Positions 59,225 through 64,000 of a DNA stretch of 64,000 bases are shown here, piece after piece. The translations under genes were made by a program, and so were the position numbers. Below the pieces are notes generated by a model. That model had not been told where the DNA came from and made no database searches. It was given only the letters and a program-made list of their open reading frames with translations. Source of the stretch: Meiothermus sp. GTDB lineage: Bacteria; Deinococcota; Deinococci; Deinococcales; Thermaceae. Position 1 is the first letter of the stretch, and each line of letters opens with the position of its first letter. The stretch spans positions 1 through 64,000 of the forward strand of contig JANRLD010000039.1 of assembly GCA_033762915.1 (NCBI GenBank), written 5' to 3'.

Positions 59225-60232
59225 ATGATCCGCTTCGAGAACGTGACCAAACGCTACGCCGAGGTTGCCGCACTTAAGGGGGTCAGCCTCGAGGTGGCGG
59301 CGGGCCAACTGGTTTGCTTGCTGGGGCCTTCGGGCTGCGGCAAGACCACATTGCTGCGCACCGTGAACCGGCTGATCGAGCCGACCGAGGGCACGGTGAT
59401 GGTCGGCGGACAAGACGTTCGCCAGCTCGACGAGGTGGAACTGCGTCGGGGCATCGGTTATGTGATTCAGAGCATCGGGCTGTTCCCGCACATGAGCGTG
59501 CTCGAGAACACGCTGGTGGTTCCGCGGCTGCTGGGCTGGGACCGGGCCAAACGGCAGGAGAGGGCCAGGGAAATGCTGCACCTGGTGGGCCTCGAGCCCT
59601 CCACCTTTGCCAACCGCTTCCCCCGCGAGCTTTCAGGCGGCCAGGCCCAGCGGGTAGGTCTGGCCCGCGCCCTGTGCGCCGACCCGCCGGTGCTGCTGAT
59701 GGACGAGCCCTTCGGAGCGGTCGACCCCCCCACCCGCGAGCGCCTGCAAGACGAGTTCCTAAGGCTCCAGGCCGGACTCAAGAAGACCATCCTGTTCGTC
59801 ACGCACGACCTCGAGGAGGCGGTGAAGCTCGCCGACCAGATCTGCCTGATGAACGCGGGCCAGGTCGAGCAGTACGACCCGCCGGCCGAGCTGCTGGGCC
59901 GACCCAAGACCGAGTTCGTGCGCGGCTTTATCGGCCCCTCGCGCACCCTGCTGCGCCTCTCAAGAATCCCCCTTGATGATCTGATCGAGCCCGTCGTCGG
60001 CGCTCCTCCGCGGCACCTGGTGAGCCGGAGTGGGACCGCTCGTGACGCCTTCTCGAGCCTGCTGGCCCACGGAGCCCGCGCGGTGGGGGTGGCCGACGGC
60101 GAGGGGCGGGTGGTGGGGGAGGTGCGCCTGGAGGCCCTGCTGGGGGCGGTGGCGGAAGTCGACCCGGAGAGAGAGGGCGAGGAACGAGGCGAGAAAGGTG
60201 ACCTACGGGAGGGCAAAGGGGGAGCCGTATAG
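59225..60232 (+). CDS. Osmoprotectant ABC transporter ATP-binding protein
   Basis: GPSGCGKTT, LRRGIGYVIQ, LLMDEPFGA.D. Confidence 0.9.
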   Translation: MIRFENVTKRYAEVAALKGVSLEVAAGQLVCLLGPSGCGKTTLLRTVNRLIEPTEGTVMVGGQDVRQLDEVELRRGIGYVIQSIGLFPHMSVLENTLVVPRLLGWDRAKRQERAREMLHLVGLEPSTFANRFPRELSGGQAQRVGLARALCADPPVLLMDEPFGAVDPPTRERLQDEFLRLQAGLKKTILFVTHDLEEAVKLADQICLMNAGQVEQYDPPAELLGRPKTEFVRGFIGPSRTLLRLSRIPLDDLIEPVVGAPPRHLVSRSGTARDAFSSLLAHGARAVGVADGEGRVVGEVRLEALLGAVAEVDPEREGEERGEKGDLREGKGGAV

Positions 60233-60306
60233 GCCGTGCGTTCGGCCTCCAAAGCTGGGCCTCGCCGGGCGCACAGCGTGTCGTTGGGCGCCTCGCCCTG
60301 CCCGCT

Positions 60307-61011
60307 GTGCTGTGGGTCGCGCTGCTGCTGCTGTTTGCCCAGCAGGGCCTCTGGGCGGCTGTTCTGGGGGCGCTGTTTCCTGACAGCCGGAGTCCGGTTT
60401 TTGACCGGGAGACGCTGTTCAACCTGGTCCTGCAGCATCTGGGGATTACCTTTGTGGCCGGGGCTTTGGTGGTGCTGGTAGGGCTGCCGTTGGCAGTGCT
60501 GGTCACGCGGCCTGTGGGGGCGGCGTTCAGGGCACTGTTGGAGAACGTTGTGGCGGTGGGGCAGACCTTCCCGCCTACCGCGGTGCTGGTGTTGGCGCTG
60601 CCACTGTTCGGGTTCGGCTCGAGAGGGGTCGTGTTGGCGCTGTTCTTGTACGGGCTGCTGCCGGTGGTGCGCAACACCCTGGTTGGGTTTGCCGGGCTGC
60701 CCCAGGACGTGCTCGAGGCCGCCAAGGGGATGGGCCTCTCGCCGCGCCAGCAGCTCTGGCGGGTCGAGCTGCCGCTGGCCCTACCAGTGATCGTGGCAGG
60801 GGTGCGAGCCAGTTGGGTGTTGATCCTAGCGACCGCGACGGTCGCACCGCTGATCGGGGGCGGCGGGCTGGGCGTGCCCATTATCGCGGGCTTGGCGGTG
60901 AGCAACCTGGGTTACGTGGTGCAAGGGGCGTTGGCGGTGGCGCTGCTGGCGCTGCTGCTGGACTGGACGCTGAGCCGGCTCGAGTGGGCGCTGACGCCGT
61001 GGCGGGCGTAG
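60307..61011 (+). CDS. Osmoprotectant ABC transporter permease
   Basis: QTFPP, LLPVVRNT, EAAKGMG, VELPLA; start uncertain. Confidence 0.85.
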   Translation: MLWVALLLLFAQQGLWAAVLGALFPDSRSPVFDRETLFNLVLQHLGITFVAGALVVLVGLPLAVLVTRPVGAAFRALLENVVAVGQTFPPTAVLVLALPLFGFGSRGVVLALFLYGLLPVVRNTLVGFAGLPQDVLEAAKGMGLSPRQQLWRVELPLALPVIVAGVRASWVLILATATVAPLIGGGGLGVPIIAGLAVSNLGYVVQGALAVALLALLLDWTLSRLEWALTPWRA

Positions 61012-61163
61012 GTGTCGCAAAGGCGACCGCCCGAAGTTTGCCGGGTCGCCGGTGCTTGGGCGGGCAGTTTGGCGTACTTGGGCGTGGGGCAGTGTTGGGT
61101 TAATGGCAGAGGCCCCTCGAGCATGACTCGAGGGGCCTCGGTTGCGGTTTGTTCCCTGCCGCT

Positions 61164-61772
61164 TTAAGCGGCTTCCCGGCTGAGTTGCTGAAGGCCGCTG
61201 GGGTTCTCGAGGATCAGCTTGCCGTAGCCGGAGCGGATGTAGCCCTCGCGGGTTAGCTCGCCGATGACCTTGGTGACGGTCTCGCGCACCGAACCCACCG
61301 CGCTGGCGATCTCGTCGTGGGTGGCCTTGACGCCGGTGCGCCCGTTCTTCTCGAGATAGGCCACAGGGGTAGTGGAGAGGTCGAGCAGGGTGGCGGCGAT
61401 GCGGTTCTTCAGGCGCTGACCGCTGATGCGCTGGATGGTCTGGTAGGTCTGCGAGAGCGCTTTGGCCAGGCCCTGCACCAGCTGCGAAAGCTCCTGGGCG
61501 GACAATTGGTTGGGTGCGAGCGCGTCAATCTTGGTGTCGGTGACGGCCTCGGCGAAGTAGGTACGTTCGCCGCCGGAGATCACCTCCTCGCCGAAGAACT
61601 CGCCGGGGCGCACGAAGCGCAGGGTCAGGGCGTTGCCCTCGTCGTCAACCGATTGGAGGCGAACCAGGCCCTCGCGAACCCGGTACAGCGCGTCTTTGGA
61701 GGTAGGAGTGCCGGGATAGAGAACGATTTCGCCGGGGTCGAAGGTCAGGGTATCCAGTATGCTAGTTTGCAT
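61164..61772 (-). CDS. sdrP: Crp/Fnr regulator SdrP (DdrI homolog)
   Basis: EGNALTLR, ATHDEIA.AVGSVRETVTKVIGEL, SGYGK as in Thermus SdrP. Confidence 0.88.
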   Translation of the reverse strand: MQTSILDTLTFDPGEIVLYPGTPTSKDALYRVREGLVRLQSVDDEGNALTLRFVRPGEFFGEEVISGGERTYFAEAVTDTKIDALAPNQLSAQELSQLVQGLAKALSQTYQTIQRISGQRLKNRIAATLLDLSTTPVAYLEKNGRTGVKATHDEIASAVGSVRETVTKVIGELTREGYIRSGYGKLILENPSGLQQLSREAA

Positions 61773-62125
61773 CTCATCACTCCCTCAAACGTAACTATAG
61801 CATCATTTGGCTATTTTGTAAACACATTTGTTTATTTATTTAGCGTCGATGAGAGAAGTCAATATTCTCCTTCTGGGCCACCACTTCCCTGTACGTCTGC
61901 GACGCCCTGATCGGATACTTAAGCGATAAAGCTCGAGTTCGCCTGTTTCTGATTCAAACAGAATGGCATCATACTCCTACGCCCAAAAAATGAAAAGCCT
62001 CGAGTCCAGAGCGCCAGACCCGGCCCCTCCTCAAACCCCCGGTTTCCGGGTACACTGTTGCCTTGTGACGTTGCCCGCCCTGGCGAAGGCGCCTGGTGGG
62101 CGGGTTCGGTTTTGCGAGGTCTACC

Positions 62126-63340
62126 GTGGCACAAATCCTAGAACGCGAAGGCTATAAGGTCAAAATTCAGGTCGAGGTTCCTGCCGAGCAGGTCGAGCGG
62201 GCCTACCAGTCGGTGCTGAGCGAGTACGCCAGCAACGTCAAGCTGCCCGGATTCCGGCCCGGCAAGGTCCCGGCCAAGGTGGTGGAGAGCAAAATCGGCC
62301 GCGAGGCCCTGATGGACGAAGTCAAGAAGGAACTGCGCGACAAGACTTTCCCCAAGGCCGCGCAGGAACTCGAGCTGCTCCCGGTGGGCGCCAACGTCCT
62401 CGAGGAGAGCCTGGTCTTCGGCCAGCCCTTTGTCTACACCGTGGCGGTGGAGAACTACCCCGAGGTCAAGCTCGGCGAGTGGAAGGCCGTCGAGCTGAGC
62501 GCCGAGGCCCCGCCCGTCACCGATGAGACCGTGGCAGCGGCCCTCGAGGAGCTGCGCGCTCGCAACGGCGAGATGGTGGTGGTGGAGCGCGAGGTGAGCG
62601 AGAGGGACAGCGTCTTCATCGAGACCGACGACGGCGGGCGCTTCCCGGTTAACATGGAGAACGCCCAGGCCCACGTCCGCGAGGTGCTGCTGGGCAAGCG
62701 TGCGGGCGATGAGGTGCTGGTGCCGGTCAAGGACGGCGAGACGGTGATCCGCGAGATCAAGACCAGGGTCATCGAGGTCAAGGGCCTGCAACTGCCCGAG
62801 CTCGACGACGAGTTCGCCAAGACCGTGGGCGAGGACAGCCTCGAAGCCCTCACCGCCAAGGTGCGCCAGAGCCTGACCGACCAGTTCGAGCGCGAGGGCC
62901 GCAACGCCAGGGCCAGCCAGTTCCTGGACAAGCTGGGCGAGATCGTGGAGGCCGAGATTCCCCCCTCCATGCAGTCTCGGGAGGAGCAGAGCCTCCTGGA
63001 GCAGCTCAACCGCGACCTCGAGCAGCAGAAGCTCGACTTCAACACCTACATCAAGAGCCTCGAGCAAGAGGGGAAGCTCGAGGAGTTCACCGGCGAACTT
63101 AAGGAAAGCGCCACCAAACGCCTGCGCCGTTCACTGGCGGTCGAGGCCCTCTCCGAGGAACTCAAGGTCGAGCTCTCCGACCAGGAGTTCGAGGCCTTCC
63201 TCGAAGACCTGGCCCGCTCCTACCGCACCACCGCCCCCCGCCTCAAGAACGAGCTGGGCGCGGAGGCCGTGGCCCGGCTGCGGGTGCAGCGGCTGCACGA
63301 CAAGGCGCTGTTCACCGCGCTGGACATGCTGGGCAAGTAG
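62126..63340 (+). CDS. tig: Trigger factor
   Basis: PGFRPGKVP, LPELDDEFAK; GAGGT RBS before GTG. Confidence 0.95.
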   Translation: MAQILEREGYKVKIQVEVPAEQVERAYQSVLSEYASNVKLPGFRPGKVPAKVVESKIGREALMDEVKKELRDKTFPKAAQELELLPVGANVLEESLVFGQPFVYTVAVENYPEVKLGEWKAVELSAEAPPVTDETVAAALEELRARNGEMVVVEREVSERDSVFIETDDGGRFPVNMENAQAHVREVLLGKRAGDEVLVPVKDGETVIREIKTRVIEVKGLQLPELDDEFAKTVGEDSLEALTAKVRQSLTDQFEREGRNARASQFLDKLGEIVEAEIPPSMQSREEQSLLEQLNRDLEQQKLDFNTYIKSLEQEGKLEEFTGELKESATKRLRRSLAVEALSEELKVELSDQEFEAFLEDLARSYRTTAPRLKNELGAEAVARLRVQRLHDKALFTALDMLGK

Positions 63341-63654
63341 GCCGGGCTCGACCCATAGCCGTGTGACTGCCCTGGATCGACTGGCACGGAGTCGTAAGCA
63401 GTACGTGTTGTGATGTGAGCGCCGCCCCCGAGCCGGGGGCGGCTTTTCCTATGTTTCGCAGGTGCAGCCGCACTCGAGGTGGATAATTGCTGGAAAGGCG
63501 ATGCGCCGCTTGCCGTCGCGCTGTTGGCGGTAGACCTCGCGCAACTGCGGCTCGAAATTGATCTTCGAGCCGCACAACCTGCTTGGTCAGAATGCACACA
63601 CGTTTGCGGCTAAATTGCGCCAGGGTAGAAGTACGGAACCGGCAGATACGGTAA

Positions 63655-63806
63655 ACACGTGCCAGGGCGGAGTGGCGTACGCCATAGCCGCAGAGCGGCT
63701 ACCCGGGGCGGAGTGGCGTACGCCATAGCTGCGGAGCAGCTACCCTAGGCGCAATTCCCTGCGGGAGCAGGCGGGCGATAGTTCGCACTGTAACTATGGA
63801 GACTTA
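63655..63806 (+). repeat. Family A long variant with an internal 41-bp tandem duplication
   Basis: Units 63665-63705 and 63706-63746; ends CTATGGAGACTTA. Confidence 0.8.
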
Positions 63807-64000
63807 ATCCGTGGCCCCGGCGTACTCCTCCATCGGGGGGCAGGAGCAGACGATGTTGCGGTCGCCATACACGTTGTCCACCCGTCCTACCGGGCTCCAG
63901 TACTTGTCCATGGCGCTTTGCCCGCCGGGGAAGCAGCCCTGGGCGCGGGTGTACTTGCGGTTCCAGCCGTCGTCAGCGATGTCCAGGACGGTGTGGGGGG
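63804..64000 (-). CDS. gcvP: Glycine dehydrogenase (decarboxylating), C-terminal part
   Basis: [31 protein letters not shown]; not in the ORF track. Confidence 0.93.
   Translation of the reverse strand, partial: PHTVLDIADDGWNRKYTRAQGCFPGGQSAMDKYWSPVGRVDNVYGDRNIVCSCPPMEEYAGATD

Noticed and set aside
63665..63746. CRISPR array
   Set aside because: Two adjacent units with no spacer; part of a dispersed repeat family

Overview
Window from a high-GC bacterium whose gene content (SdrP/DdrI-type Crp, c552 cytochromes, UvsE, many leaderless genes) points to Deinococcus-Thermus, most like Meiothermus/Calidithermus (inference). Bases 1-10614 are the right end of a prophage: a metallopeptidase-vWA gene and a replication/recombination module (Rad52-like SSAP, DnaB-like helicase, Cas4-like nuclease, double-OB SSB, resolvase, AEP primase), ending in the 3' half of a tRNA-Ala(TGC), the probable attR. 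The rest is host chromosome: hemY, ispD, mod operon, rodA, uvsE, argC, three tRNAs, suf/Rrf2/nirK, a PAS kinase, SAM-I riboswitch-metY-metF, yidD-yidC-jag-prmC, hsp20, sdrP, tig and partial gcvP. Best candidate for a new system: a 765-aa TPR + SARP-like regulator (49745-52042) converging on an unannotated 29-aa secreted pre-peptide (52224-52313, predicted mature GSGGLGSGPW) with repeated GGTTTAA boxes upstream, resembling peptide quorum sensing. Also notable: MITE-like families including a triple nested insertion and an in-frame insertion in modE, strong host-only CTCGAG over-representation, a probable CUG start codon and a stand-alone SRA-like domain. All family assignments come from motif recognition by eye; no database search was run.
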